This document shows, piece after piece, positions 40,587 to 50,554 of a stretch of DNA of 52,977 nt (within the stretch, counting starts at the first letter, position 1; each line of letters opens with the position of its first letter). The stretch spans positions 1 to 52,977 of the forward strand of contig NZ_JAOPXQ010000102.1 of NCBI RefSeq assembly GCF_025965075.1, read 5' to 3'. The notes under the pieces are model-generated. The model ran no database searches. It had not been told where the DNA came from and saw only the letters and a program-made list of their open reading frames with translations. Position numbers and translations under genes: made by a program. Origin of the DNA: Aeromicrobium sp. (GTDB taxonomy: Bacteria > Actinomycetota > Actinomycetes > Propionibacteriales > Nocardioidaceae).

Positions 40587-40934
40587 CTAGCGCTCGTCGC
40601 GCAGGAGGGCGCCGAACACCGTGATCGCGACGACCGCGAAGCCGATGCCCCACCACACGAGCCCGCCCGCGGCGGCGTACAGCGCGACGGTGAGGAACAG
40701 CATGACCTGGACGACGTACCGAGTGGGGTTGTCGAGACGCCGCACCGAGGTCGGTGCCATCCACTGCGCCCAGATGCCGACCGCGACCATCGCGAGGAAG
40801 ACCCCGACGGCCCAACCCTGCCACCCGTCGGCGAAGCCGTGGCCGGCCAGGACCAGCAGCACGACCATCGCCAGCTCGATGAGGAAGGCGATGGCGTCGA
40901 GCGGACCAAGGTCCACAGGCTTCTCGGGAGGCAC
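40587..40934 (-). CDS. Small 4-TM membrane protein (YrdB/DUF2568-like)
   Basis: AFLIEL..., IWAQWMAP.S.RRL; GTG 40934 lies 6 nt after TAGGTT. Confidence 0.75.
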   Translation of the reverse strand: MPPEKPVDLGPLDAIAFLIELAMVVLLVLAGHGFADGWQGWAVGVFLAMVAVGIWAQWMAPTSVRRLDNPTRYVVQVMLFLTVALYAAAGGLVWWGIGFAVVAITVFGALLRDER

Positions 40935-40966
40935 CCCCACAACCTAGTGGCTGCTATTTTTCGGCC

Positions 40967-42631
40967 ATGACCGAGTCGCCGCGGCCCCGCCCCGTGATCC
41001 TGCTCGTCGCGGGCGGGTGGAGCCATGACGTCCTCGCCGACGAGTTCACCAGCCGGTACTCCCGGGACTACGACGTGCGCGTCGTGACGGACGTCCTGAC
41101 GGTCACCGACGTCGCGGCACAGATCATCGCCGGCGGCCAGCCGATCGCGCTGATCGGGGTCGACTTCGGCCTGGAGATCAACGCGATCGACGTGCTCGAC
41201 GTGCTGCGCAACGTGGCACCCAGCAGCCGGCGGATCGTGCTGGTCAGGATGGGGGCGTTCCAGCGTGCCCTCGACGAGCTCCGGCTTGCACTGGCGGTGG
41301 GTCGTCTCGACACGTACCTGCTGATCCCGCAGGGCCCGCGCGACGAGGAGTTCCACACCGCGATCGCGGAGTACCTCTCGGAGTGGGCCACGTCGACCTC
41401 GACGCCGGAAGTCGCAGGCGTGCGGATCGTGGACGACGGCAACCAGCTCGAGGTCGCCGGCATCCGGGACTTCCTCGACCGCATGGGTGCGCCGTGGACC
41501 CGCTACCACCCCGACAGCCCGGTCGGCCGGGAGATCCTCGCGGAGGTGGGGGAGGACGCGCCGCTGCCGATCGTGTCCGCCTTCAGCCGTCCGCCGCTCG
41601 CCGGCGCGACTGATCGGCTCGTCGCGTCGACGTTCTACGGCTCGCCGGCAGACCTCGGCGAGGACTACGTCGCCGATCTGCTGATCGTCGGCGCCGGCCC
41701 GGCCGGCCTCGCCGCCGCGGTCTACGGGGCCTCCGAGGGGCTGCGAACCGTGATCCTGGAGTCCGAGGCTGTCGGCGGCCAGGCCGGCACCAGCTCGATG
41801 ATCCGCAACTACCTGGGCTTCCCCCGCGGGGTATCGGGGATGCGCCTGGCGTTCCGCGCCCGCCTGCAGGCCACGCGGTTCGGGGCGCGCATCTTCACCG
41901 GGCGCTCGGTCGAGGGCCTGCGCGTGGGTGACCTGCACGAGATCGCGTACGACGGGGGTGTCATCCGGGCCCGGTCGGTGCTCGTCGCGTGCGGTGTGGA
42001 CTATCGGCGTTTGGGCGTCCCGGCGCTGGAGGAGCTGGTCGGGCGCGGCGTGCACTACGGCGCGGCGTCCAGCGTGGCCCGCGAGATGGAGGGCCGGGAC
42101 GTCTTCATCGTCGGCGGCGGCAACTCGGCGGGCCAGGCCGCGGTGCACCTCGCGAGGTTCGCCCGGGCGGTCACGATCATCGTGCGGCGGGCAAGCCTCG
42201 AGGAGACGATGTCGGCCTACCTCGTCGAGGAGATCCGTACCCACCGCGCGATCCACGTGCGGACCGGCTCGCGGATCGTCGACGGCGGCGGCGACGCCCG
42301 GCTGCAGTGGATCGACCTGGAGTCGGCGGGGTCGGTCGAGCGGCTGGACGCCGACGGGCTGTTCCTCCTGCTCGGCGCCGAGCCGGGCTGCGACTGGCTG
42401 CCCGCGGAGGTCAGCCGGGACGAGCGGGGCTTCGTGCTGACGGGGCGCGACATTCCCAGGGCCGCCTGGCGCGACGGCCTGCCACCGGCCCCGCTGGAGA
42501 CCGCCGTGCCGGGGATCTTCGCCGCGGGCGACGTCCGGGCGGGGTCGATGAAGCGCGTCGCCTCGGCGAGCGGCGAGGGCGCCGGCGCGGTGTCCCAGGT
42601 CCACGCCCACCTCGCCCCGGCACCCCGCTGA
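40967..42631 (+). CDS. Thioredoxin-reductase-like FAD oxidoreductase with N-terminal receiver-like domain
   Basis: GAGPAG, GGQAGTSS.I.NYLGFP, GGGNSAGQ, GIFAAGDVR; VHYGAA replaces the CxxC motif. Confidence 0.88.
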   Translation: MTESPRPRPVILLVAGGWSHDVLADEFTSRYSRDYDVRVVTDVLTVTDVAAQIIAGGQPIALIGVDFGLEINAIDVLDVLRNVAPSSRRIVLVRMGAFQRALDELRLALAVGRLDTYLLIPQGPRDEEFHTAIAEYLSEWATSTSTPEVAGVRIVDDGNQLEVAGIRDFLDRMGAPWTRYHPDSPVGREILAEVGEDAPLPIVSAFSRPPLAGATDRLVASTFYGSPADLGEDYVADLLIVGAGPAGLAAAVYGASEGLRTVILESEAVGGQAGTSSMIRNYLGFPRGVSGMRLAFRARLQATRFGARIFTGRSVEGLRVGDLHEIAYDGGVIRARSVLVACGVDYRRLGVPALEELVGRGVHYGAASSVAREMEGRDVFIVGGGNSAGQAAVHLARFARAVTIIVRRASLEETMSAYLVEEIRTHRAIHVRTGSRIVDGGGDARLQWIDLESAGSVERLDADGLFLLLGAEPGCDWLPAEVSRDERGFVLTGRDIPRAAWRDGLPPAPLETAVPGIFAAGDVRAGSMKRVASASGEGAGAVSQVHAHLAPAPR

Positions 42632-42677
42632 GGGTGGTGTTCGCCGGGAAGCCGTGACTAACCTGCTCCCAGCGCTC

Positions 42678-42882
42678 GACGGCTCCACGCTGTCACCGAG
42701 GATGAGGGATTGGGTCGTTGGCGCTGCCGCCAACCTTCATCGTCGGTCGCCTCGCCGCCGAAGGGTGAGGACCTGAGGTAGCGGAAGCAACCGCGAACGC
42801 TCATCTCCGGGACTGGCGACCAGTGCGGGGCCTGACGTTCTGACGAACACGCCGTCGGCATGTCTGCGAGAACGTCAGGCCC
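42678..42882 (+). ncRNA. Candidate structured non-coding RNA (unidentified)
   Basis: Six contiguous hairpins tile the gap between convergent genes; TAACCT -10 candidate at 42659-42664; terminal 14-bp perfect stem. Confidence 0.4.
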
Positions 42883-42891
42883 AGCGCCGAG

Positions 42892-43737
42892 CTAGACCCC
42901 GATGCGCTTCGCGATGCTCGCGGCGAGCTCGGCGGGGCGCTCGTCGGGGATCCAGTGGCTGGCGCCCTCGTAGACCTCGAGCTCGTACGGACCGGTCACG
43001 AACTGGGGCGTCAGCTCGGCCCCGCGACGGACCAGCGCCGCGTCGCGGTCGCTCCAGACGTACGTCGTCGGGACCGACACCTTGCGGCTGAACGCCCCGG
43101 GCGACAGGAACATCGATCGGTAGTAGCCCAGCCCGCCCTTGAGCGCGCCGTCGGCGATGATCTCCTCGCGGAACGTGCCGATCATCGACCGGGTCATGCC
43201 GGCCCCGCGCAGGAGCCTCTCGCCGGCGCCGTTGCGGCGGCTCAGCAGGTGCTCGGGCACGAACGGCAGCTGGAACAGCAGCATGTAGTACGACTTCAGG
43301 GCCTGCGAGCTGCTCAGCATCGACCGCACGAACGCCCCGGGGTGCGCGACCGACACCGCGGTCAGCGAGCTGATCCGGTCGGGGTGGCCGGCCGCGACGG
43401 ACCACGCGACCGCCGCGCCCCAGTCGTGGCCGACGAGGTGGACCGGGCCCGGCCCGATCCGGTCGATCAGCGCGAGGACGTCCGAGACGAGGCCCTCGAC
43501 CCTGTAGGCGAACCGGGAGGACGGCCGGGCGCCGGGGGAGTAGCCGCGCTGGTCCAGGGCGTACGTCCGCAGGCCCTGCTCGTTCAGGCGCTCCGTCACG
43601 CCGCTCCACGACGTGGCCCGCTGGGGAAACCCGTGGAGCAGCACGACGGGTGTCCCGTCGAGGGGGCCGGTGTCGATCACGTCGAATGTGTAGGGGCCCT
43701 TGGTGAACTGGGAGATCCGCGTCGTCATGTCCGACAT
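42892..43737 (-). CDS. Alpha/beta hydrolase (epoxide-hydrolase-like)
   Basis: LLHGFP, DQRGYS, GHDWGA (Asp nucleophile), SHWIP. Confidence 0.92.
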   Translation of the reverse strand: MSDMTTRISQFTKGPYTFDVIDTGPLDGTPVVLLHGFPQRATSWSGVTERLNEQGLRTYALDQRGYSPGARPSSRFAYRVEGLVSDVLALIDRIGPGPVHLVGHDWGAAVAWSVAAGHPDRISSLTAVSVAHPGAFVRSMLSSSQALKSYYMLLFQLPFVPEHLLSRRNGAGERLLRGAGMTRSMIGTFREEIIADGALKGGLGYYRSMFLSPGAFSRKVSVPTTYVWSDRDAALVRRGAELTPQFVTGPYELEVYEGASHWIPDERPAELAASIAKRIGV

Positions 43738-43845
43738 CCTGACAGAGAACGTGGTTATCCGGCAGGCGTGATGCCCGGTCGGGCGGCCGGTCGCCGGTCA
43801 CTAGGATGGATCAGCAGCCCCCGCACCCCACCCGCAAGGAATCGC

Positions 43846-44154
43846 ATGTCTGAGCCCGACAAGGGTATTTCGCGAGACGACGTCGTCCATCTGGCCGGCC
43901 TCGCCCGCATCGACCTCAGCGAGGCCGAGCTCGAGCACCTCGCCTCCGAGCTTCCGGCGATCCTGGACTACGTCGCCAGCGTCCAGGAGGCGGCCGGCGA
44001 CGACGTACCGGCGATGAGCCACCCCGTCCCGGTCGACAATGTCTTCCGTGAGGACGTCGTCCGCCCGAGCCTGAGCCCCGAGGCCGCCCTCGCCGGCGCC
44101 CCCGCGTCCGATCAGCAGCGGTTCCTCGTCCCGAAGATCCTGGGGGAGTCATGA
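43846..44154 (+). CDS. gatC: Asp/Glu-tRNA amidotransferase subunit C
   Basis: [28 protein letters not shown]; RBS AAGGA. Confidence 0.96.
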   Translation: MSEPDKGISRDDVVHLAGLARIDLSEAELEHLASELPAILDYVASVQEAAGDDVPAMSHPVPVDNVFREDVVRPSLSPEAALAGAPASDQQRFLVPKILGES

Positions 44155-45662
44155 CAGACCTCACTCGGTTGACCGCCGACCAGGTCGCGCGCGGGCTCTC
44201 CGCCGGCGAGTTCACCTCCGTCGAGGTGACGCAGGCCAGCCTGGACCGCATCGCCGCGGTCGACGGTGACCTCCACGCCTTCCTGCACGTCGACGCCGAC
44301 GGCGCCCTCGCGACCGCCCGTGGCATCGACGACCGCCGCGGCAAGGGCGAGCAGCTGTCCTATCTCGCCGGTGTGCCGATCGCGGTCAAGGACGTCCTCG
44401 TGACCCAGGGCATGCCCACGACGTGTGGCTCCAAGATCCTCGAGGGCTGGATCCCGCCCTACGACGCGACCGTGACGGCCAAGATCAGGGCCGCCGGACT
44501 GCCGATCCTCGGCAAGACCAACATGGACGAGTTCGCGATGGGCTCGTCGACCGAGCACTCCGCGTACGGTCCGACCCGCAACCCCTGGGACCGCACCCGC
44601 ATCCCCGGCGGCTCGGGCGGCGGTTCCGCCGCGGCCGTGGCGGCATTCGAGGCGCCCCTCGCGGTCGGCACCGACACCGGCGGCTCGATCCGCCAGCCCG
44701 GCGCGCTGACCGGCACGGTCGGCGTCAAGCCGACCTACGGCGGCATCAGCCGCTACGGCCTCGTCGCGATGGCGAGCAGCCTGGACCAGGCCGGTCCCGT
44801 CACCCGCACGGTCCTGGACGCGGCGCTGCTGCACGAGCTGATCGCCGGCCACGACCCGATGGATTCCACCAGCATCCCCGAGCCGGTCCCGGCCGTCGTC
44901 GCGGCCGCGCGCCGCGCCGACGTCAAGGGCCTCAGGATCGGCATCGTCACGGAGCTGGGCGGCGAGGGCTTCCAGCCCGGCGTCCGCGCCCGCTTCGACG
45001 AGGCCGTCGAGCTGCTGGCGTCCGCCGGCGCCGAGGTCGTCGAGGTCTCGATCCCGAGCCTCAACTACGCCCTGGGCGCCTACTACCTCGTGATGCCGAG
45101 CGAGGCGAGCAGCAACCTCGCCAAGTTCGACGCGATGCGCTACGGCGTCCGCGTCCCCCCGGCCGGGGTCGACGACCCCAGCGCCGAGCAGGTCATGTCG
45201 TCGAGCCGCGACGCCGGCTTCGGCGACGAGGTCAAGCGCCGCATCATCCTGGGGACGTACGCCCTGTCGAGCGGTTACTACGACGCCTACTACGGCTCGG
45301 CGCAGAAGGTCCGCACGATCCTCGCCCGCGACTTCACGGCGGCCTTCGCCGACGTCGACGTGCTGGTCTCGCCGACGTCGCCCACCACGGCGTACCCGCT
45401 GGGCGAGAAGCTCGACGACCCGCTCGCGATGTACCTCGGTGACGTCGCCACGATCCCGGCCAACCTGGTCGGCATCCCCGGTCTGTCGCTCCCGGTCGGC
45501 CTCGCCGACGAGGACGACCTGCCGGTGGGGCTGCAGTTCCTCGCCCCGCAGAAGGCCGACGACCGCCTCTACAACGCCGCCGCCGCGCTCGAGCGACTGC
45601 TCGAGGACACGTGGGGCGGCACCCTGCTCGCGAAGGCACCCCAGCTGGAGGACGTGCGATGA
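44151..45662 (+). CDS. gatA: Asp/Glu-tRNA amidotransferase subunit A
   Basis: [44 protein letters not shown]. Confidence 0.98.
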   Translation: MTDLTRLTADQVARGLSAGEFTSVEVTQASLDRIAAVDGDLHAFLHVDADGALATARGIDDRRGKGEQLSYLAGVPIAVKDVLVTQGMPTTCGSKILEGWIPPYDATVTAKIRAAGLPILGKTNMDEFAMGSSTEHSAYGPTRNPWDRTRIPGGSGGGSAAAVAAFEAPLAVGTDTGGSIRQPGALTGTVGVKPTYGGISRYGLVAMASSLDQAGPVTRTVLDAALLHELIAGHDPMDSTSIPEPVPAVVAAARRADVKGLRIGIVTELGGEGFQPGVRARFDEAVELLASAGAEVVEVSIPSLNYALGAYYLVMPSEASSNLAKFDAMRYGVRVPPAGVDDPSAEQVMSSSRDAGFGDEVKRRIILGTYALSSGYYDAYYGSAQKVRTILARDFTAAFADVDVLVSPTSPTTAYPLGEKLDDPLAMYLGDVATIPANLVGIPGLSLPVGLADEDDLPVGLQFLAPQKADDRLYNAAAALERLLEDTWGGTLLAKAPQLEDVR

Positions 45663-47152
45663 CTGAGACCCTGGTGCCCGTGGACGAGGCACTGACCCGC
45701 TACCAGCCCGTCCTGGGTCTCGAGATCCACATCGAGCTCAACACCGCGACCAAGATGTTCTGCGGCTGCCCCACCGAGTTCGGTGCCGAGCCCAACACGC
45801 AGGTCTGCCCCGTGTGCCTGGCGCTGCCCGGCGCCCTGCCGGTCGTCAACGAGAAGGCCGTCGAGTCCGCGATCCGCATGGGCCTGGCGCTCAACTGCGA
45901 GATCGCCGAGTGGTGCCGGTTCGCGCGCAAGAACTACTTCTACCCGGACATGCCGAAGAACTTCCAGACCTCGCAGTACGACGAGCCCATCGCGTTCGAC
46001 GGCTACGTCGACGTCGACGTCGACGGTGAGACGTACCGGATCGAGATCGAGCGCGCGCACATGGAGGAGGACACCGGCAAGGCGCTGCACGTCGGCGGCT
46101 CCAGCGGCCGCATCCACGGCGCCGACTTCTCGCTGGTCGACTACAACCGTGCGGGCATCCCGCTGATCGAGATCGTGACCCGCACGATCGAGGTGCCGGG
46201 CGACAAGGCCGCCGCCGTCGCCCGTGCCTACGTCTCGTACGTCCGCGACCTGATCGGCGGGCTCGGCGTGTCCGACGTCCGCATGGACCAGGGCTCGCTG
46301 CGCGCCGACGTCAACCTGTCGCTCAAGCCCAAGGGCTCCGACGTCCTCGGCACCCGCTCGGAGACCAAGAACGTCAACTCGTTCCGCTCCGTCGAGCGGG
46401 CCGTACGCTACGAGATCTCGCGTCACGCCGGCATCCTCGACGCCGGCGGCAAGGTCGTGCAGGAGACACGGCACTTCCAGGAGGACACGGGCACGACCCT
46501 GCCCGGACGCGAGAAGTCCGACGCCGACGACTACCGCTACTTCCCCGAGCCCGACCTGGCGCCGGTCTCGCCGTCGCGCGAGTGGGTCGAGGAGCTCCGG
46601 GCGACGCTGCCCGAGCCGCCGGCCGTGCGCCGCGCGCGCCTGCAGGCCGACTGGGGCTTCTCCGACCTCGACATGCGCGACACGATCGGTGCCGGCGCGC
46701 TGGACCTGATCGTCGCGACGGTCGAGGCCGGCACGACGCCGCAGGCCGCCAAGAAGTGGTGGCTGGGGGAGATGGCGCGGCGCGCCAACGAGACCGGCCA
46801 CGACCTCGACGCGCTCGGGATCACGCCGGCCCAGGTCGCTGAGATCCAGGCCCTGATCGACTCCAAGCGGATCAACGACAAGCTCGCCCGGTCGGTCTTC
46901 GACGGCGTCATCGCCGGCGAGGGCACGCCGGAGGAGGTCATCGTCGGCCGGAAGCTCGAGGTCGTGTCGGACGACGGTGCGCTGGGCGACGCCGTCGACC
47001 GGGCCATCGCGGGAGACCCCGACGCGGCGCGGAAGGTGCGCGACGGCAACCTCGGTGTGGCTGGCGCGCTGATCGGGGCGGTCATGAAGGAGATGCGCGG
47101 ACAGGCCGACGCCGGGCGTGTCCGCGAGCTGATCCTCGAGAAGCTGTCCTGA
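45659..47152 (+). CDS. gatB: Asp/Glu-tRNA amidotransferase subunit B
   Basis: [51 protein letters not shown]. Confidence 0.98.
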   Translation: MTETLVPVDEALTRYQPVLGLEIHIELNTATKMFCGCPTEFGAEPNTQVCPVCLALPGALPVVNEKAVESAIRMGLALNCEIAEWCRFARKNYFYPDMPKNFQTSQYDEPIAFDGYVDVDVDGETYRIEIERAHMEEDTGKALHVGGSSGRIHGADFSLVDYNRAGIPLIEIVTRTIEVPGDKAAAVARAYVSYVRDLIGGLGVSDVRMDQGSLRADVNLSLKPKGSDVLGTRSETKNVNSFRSVERAVRYEISRHAGILDAGGKVVQETRHFQEDTGTTLPGREKSDADDYRYFPEPDLAPVSPSREWVEELRATLPEPPAVRRARLQADWGFSDLDMRDTIGAGALDLIVATVEAGTTPQAAKKWWLGEMARRANETGHDLDALGITPAQVAEIQALIDSKRINDKLARSVFDGVIAGEGTPEEVIVGRKLEVVSDDGALGDAVDRAIAGDPDAARKVRDGNLGVAGALIGAVMKEMRGQADAGRVRELILEKLS

Positions 47153-47270
47153 CGGCACGGGCCTGGACCGGCACCTCCATCTGCGTGAAGTTCGCCGCTT
47201 CGTGCCGCTTGCGGTCATACTAGGGCCGGGAGAGCAGGACGAAGGTCCTGCCGTGAGGGAGTACGAAGTC

Positions 47271-48272
47271 ATGAACAACTCTGTTGTGCTCACGCGCCGC
47301 CGCGTGGCAGCACTGGCCACCGTCGCGACGGTGGTCCTGGGCAGCGCGCTCGCGACCGGCCAGACCGCGCAGGCCGACGTCGCCGCGTCGAGCGGTCGGA
47401 CGGCCGCGGTCGCCGCGCCGTCATCGGCAGTGACCGTTGCCAGCTACAACGTCCGCAAGATCTACTCGACAGCCGACTGGGGCAACCGTCGTGTGGCCGT
47501 CGCCGACAACATCAAGAGCGCAGCGCCCGACGTCATCGGCCTGTCCGAGGCCACCCCCAAGACCTGGGCAGGCAACGGCCGCAGGCAGTGGGCCGATCTG
47601 CTCGCCCTGATGGGCAAGCCGTACGCCCTCGCCACCAAGGGATCGGACTCCAGTGGTACCCAGCTCGCGTACAACAGCAGTCGCCTGTCCGTCGCCAGCA
47701 GCGGTGTGAAGGTCCTGTACAAGAAGGGCTCGGCCCGCCGCTACGCGGTGTGGGCGGTCTTCAAGGACAGGCTGAGCGGCAAGGCGTTCTTCGCGGTCAC
47801 GACCCACCTCGAGCCGGGCTCGCAGACCAACAGCGGGTACAACACGGTGCGGATCAAGCAGGCGCGGCAGGTGCGCGACCTGGCGAAGGTCCGCTCCGGG
47901 GGCCGTCCCGTGGTGATCCTCGGTGACATGAACTCGAGCCGCGCCGCGAAGCCCTACAACGGCCAGTACAAGGTGTTCACGGGCGCGGGGTACGTCGACC
48001 CGCTCGACAATGCCAAGGCCACGTGGGACGTGGGCCGCAACGCGATCGCTGAGAACATCGTCGACGCGCAGTACAACACCGCGAACCACTTCTCTCGCCA
48101 GGCGCCGCGCACCAAGCTGCCCATCGGCACGCACATCGACTACCTGTACGTGTCGCCCGGCATCCGGGTCGAGACGTGGCGTCAGGTGGTCTCGGTCGAC
48201 GCGGACGGCACCTTCGTCGGCACGATCCCCTCGGACCACAACATGATCGAGATGCAGGTGCACCTGTCCTGA
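47271..48272 (+). CDS. Secreted endonuclease/exonuclease/phosphatase (EEP) family protein
   Basis: Signal peptide TRRRVAAL...AQA|D; SYNV, DVIGLSE, THL, GDMNS, IDYLY, SDH. Confidence 0.88.
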   Translation: MNNSVVLTRRRVAALATVATVVLGSALATGQTAQADVAASSGRTAAVAAPSSAVTVASYNVRKIYSTADWGNRRVAVADNIKSAAPDVIGLSEATPKTWAGNGRRQWADLLALMGKPYALATKGSDSSGTQLAYNSSRLSVASSGVKVLYKKGSARRYAVWAVFKDRLSGKAFFAVTTHLEPGSQTNSGYNTVRIKQARQVRDLAKVRSGGRPVVILGDMNSSRAAKPYNGQYKVFTGAGYVDPLDNAKATWDVGRNAIAENIVDAQYNTANHFSRQAPRTKLPIGTHIDYLYVSPGIRVETWRQVVSVDADGTFVGTIPSDHNMIEMQVHLS

Positions 48273-48377
48273 TGGGCGACGGCCAGGCCTCCCCGGGAAG
48301 CCGGCGCCCTTCTGAGGCTGGCCTGACCACGGGGGAGCGGGTCTACCGTCGGGGATAGACCCGGCCAGGAGGCCCGC

Positions 48378-48668
48378 ATGACCGTCATCGATCTCCCCGA
48401 AGTCCACACCTGCTCCGTCGAGGGGTGTTCCTACAACAGCGATGCGGCGTGCCACGCCGGCGCCATCACGGTGTCCGGCTCGCAGGCCGCCTGCGGCACG
48501 TTCATCGACATCGGCGCACACGGCGGGCTCAGCAAGACGCTCGCCAAGGTGGGCGCCTGCCACCGCACCGACTGCACCCACAACGACAATCTCGAGTGCG
48601 CCGCGGCGTCGATCACGGTCGGCCCGGGCGCGGACGCCGCGGACTGCCTGACGTACCAGCCCGCCTGA
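48378..48668 (+). CDS. DUF1540-like Cys-rich protein (two repeats)
   Basis: Twice C-x4-C-x2-N-x4-C-x-A-x2-ITV...C-x-T-F/Y; RBS AGGAGG. Confidence 0.8.
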   Translation: MTVIDLPEVHTCSVEGCSYNSDAACHAGAITVSGSQAACGTFIDIGAHGGLSKTLAKVGACHRTDCTHNDNLECAAASITVGPGADAADCLTYQPA

Positions 48669-48671
48669 CGG

Positions 48672-49556
48672 TCAGCCGACGCGCACGAGCAGCTGCTTGA
48701 GCTCGTCCAGGACGACGTCGGGGTGCTCGACCGTGACGAAGTGGGTCGCGTTGAGCTCGCGGTAGCGCGAGCCCTTGACCCGCCGGGCGGCCGTCAGCAT
48801 GTCGCGGGCGCCGGTGAAGATGTCCCACTTCCCGGCGACGAACGTCACCGGGATGTCGATCTCGCTGAGCGAGACCCGCGCGTGCTTGGAGACGCTGAGC
48901 GCCAGCTTGGCGTACCAGGCGGGGTGGGTCGTGAAGAACTCCTGCAGCAGCACGCGCAGCTCCGCGGTGTCGGCAGATGGGCTGATCAGCCGGGTGCGGC
49001 GGATCGCGTTGGTCGTGGCGTTGGTCCACGGCAGCTTGCGGGTCAGGGGCGCGAACGCATGGCCGGTCACGGTGGCCGACCGGACGAAGCCCACCATCAG
49101 GGCGCGCGACAGGACCGGCGGTAGGCGCAGGGGAGCCAGCATCGTGGAGAACGTGTTGCCCGGGACGCCGGCCACGGCCAGGATTCCGGTGACACGCTCG
49201 GGGTGGCGGGTCGCCAGCTCGAATGCGATCGTGACCCCGGTCGACCAGCCCGCCACGACGCAGGACTCGATGCCGGCGTCGTCCATCACGGCGGTCGCGT
49301 CCTCGACGAAAGAGTCAAGGTCGACCCGGCCGTCGCTGGGCCGCTCCGAGCCGCCCGTCCCGCGATGGTTCCAACCCACGACGCGCACGCCGCTCTCGGC
49401 GCGCAGCAGGGACGGCCAGGCGTGCGGATTGGTGCCCAGGCCGTTCGAGACCAGGACCGTGGGGCCATCGCCGTCGTTGGTCCACGCCCGGATGCTCGTG
49501 CCGTCGGCGCTCGTGACGTCGTAGTAGCGGATCAGCGGCGTGGAGGGGGGAGTCAC
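48672..49556 (-). CDS. Alpha/beta hydrolase
   Basis: SADGTSI, SNGLG, NHRGTGGS, GWSTG nucleophile, ATHF; start GTG 49556 preferred. Confidence 0.88.
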   Translation of the reverse strand: MTPPSTPLIRYYDVTSADGTSIRAWTNDGDGPTVLVSNGLGTNPHAWPSLLRAESGVRVVGWNHRGTGGSERPSDGRVDLDSFVEDATAVMDDAGIESCVVAGWSTGVTIAFELATRHPERVTGILAVAGVPGNTFSTMLAPLRLPPVLSRALMVGFVRSATVTGHAFAPLTRKLPWTNATTNAIRRTRLISPSADTAELRVLLQEFFTTHPAWYAKLALSVSKHARVSLSEIDIPVTFVAGKWDIFTGARDMLTAARRVKGSRYRELNATHFVTVEHPDVVLDELKQLLVRVG

Positions 49557-49610
49557 GCGCTGAATTGTCCATGGCGGCGTGGATCGCTGCAATCCCGGTC
49601 GCCGCCCGCC

Positions 49611-50465
49611 TCAGCCGACCCGGGCCAGGACCGCCTCGACGAACCGCTCGGCGCCGCCGTCGGACTGCGGCAGGAACACGCTCGGTTCGGCCAGCTCGAG
49701 CTCGATGAGCTGCGGTGACCCGTCGGGCGCCGTCACCAGGTCGATGCGGGCATAGAGCGGGGGCTCGTCGAGGCCCAGGATCTCGCAGGTCATGTCGATG
49801 ACGGACGCGGACAGGGCGAGCTGCGCGTCGCTCGGCGTGCGCGGCGTGATCGACTCGCGGCTGTCGCGGTCCTGCACGACGCCCTCGCCGGGGGCGAGCA
49901 GCGCGCCCTTGCGGATCGCGTGGGAGAAGATCCCGTCGAAGAGCAGCATCGCGGTCTCGCCCTCGTCGTCGACCGACGAGACGTACGGCTGGGTCATCGA
50001 GGTGCGGCCCGCGCCGATGAGCTCCGCGCTGTGCGCCCACACCTCGTCGCGGGTGCCCCAGCGGGCGGTGTCCCGAGAGCCGGCGGAGATCGTCGGCTTG
50101 ACGACCCACTCCGCGTGATCGCCGATGTCCTCGCCGGGGCCGACGTCCCAGCGGGTCTCGATGATCGGCACGCCGGCGTCCTGCAGCTGCTCGAGATAGA
50201 CCTTGTCGGTGCTCCACGCCAGCACCTCCGCGGAGTTGTGCAGCCGGGGGACCGCCTCGGCCCAGGCGAGGAACTCCTCGCGCCGCGCGACGTAGTCCCA
50301 GCACGACCGCACGACCACTGCGTCGTACGCTGCCCAGTCCACGCCCGCGTCGTCCCAGACGACGATCTCGGCGTCGGTGCCCGCGGCGCGCGACGCCTCG
50401 AGCAGCAGCGGGAGGTCGGGGTCGATGGTGCGGTAGTCCTGACTGGTCACGAAGGCAAGGCTCAT
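49611..50465 (-). CDS. RimK/glutathione-synthetase-like ATP-grasp ligase
   Basis: VVRSCWDY, DKVYL, VVKPTISAGS, QPY, HAIRK, YARID, IELELAEPS. Confidence 0.88.
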   Translation of the reverse strand: MSLAFVTSQDYRTIDPDLPLLLEASRAAGTDAEIVVWDDAGVDWAAYDAVVVRSCWDYVARREEFLAWAEAVPRLHNSAEVLAWSTDKVYLEQLQDAGVPIIETRWDVGPGEDIGDHAEWVVKPTISAGSRDTARWGTRDEVWAHSAELIGAGRTSMTQPYVSSVDDEGETAMLLFDGIFSHAIRKGALLAPGEGVVQDRDSRESITPRTPSDAQLALSASVIDMTCEILGLDEPPLYARIDLVTAPDGSPQLIELELAEPSVFLPQSDGGAERFVEAVLARVG

Positions 50466-50481
50466 GAACCCAGTCTAAGCA

Positions 50482-50554
50482 TGAAGCACGGCGCTTCATT
50501 ATTGTGTTTTGAAGCAAATCCCTTCACTATGGAGAAATGAACCCAGACGCTTCA
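50482..50554. promoter_or_regulatory. Three TGAA-N9-TTCA operators at exact 28-bp spacing in a divergent promoter region
   Basis: TGAAGCACGGCGCTTCA (50482), TGAAGCAAATCCCTTCA (50510), TGAACCCAGACGCTTCA (50538); promoter candidate TTGTGT(50502)-N17-CACTAT(50525). Confidence 0.75.

Noticed and set aside
42658-42861. 67-aa minus-strand ORF
   Set aside because: No RBS, atypical codon usage and no motif; RNA structure explains the region better.
42840-42872. Hammerhead ribozyme (CTGACGA followed by a stem)
   Set aside because: There is no GAAA after stem II and no stem I/III arrangement.
47228-47265. Glycine riboswitch-like GGGAGAG-hairpin-CCGTGAGGGAG upstream of the EEP gene
   Set aside because: Only the first half resembles the aptamer; the CTCTCAGG element is missing and the start codon follows immediately. 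It is likely a simple 5'UTR hairpin plus RBS.
48281-48323. Imperfect hairpin after the EEP gene
   Set aside because: Short, GC-rich, mismatched and without a U-tract; cannot be distinguished from chance.
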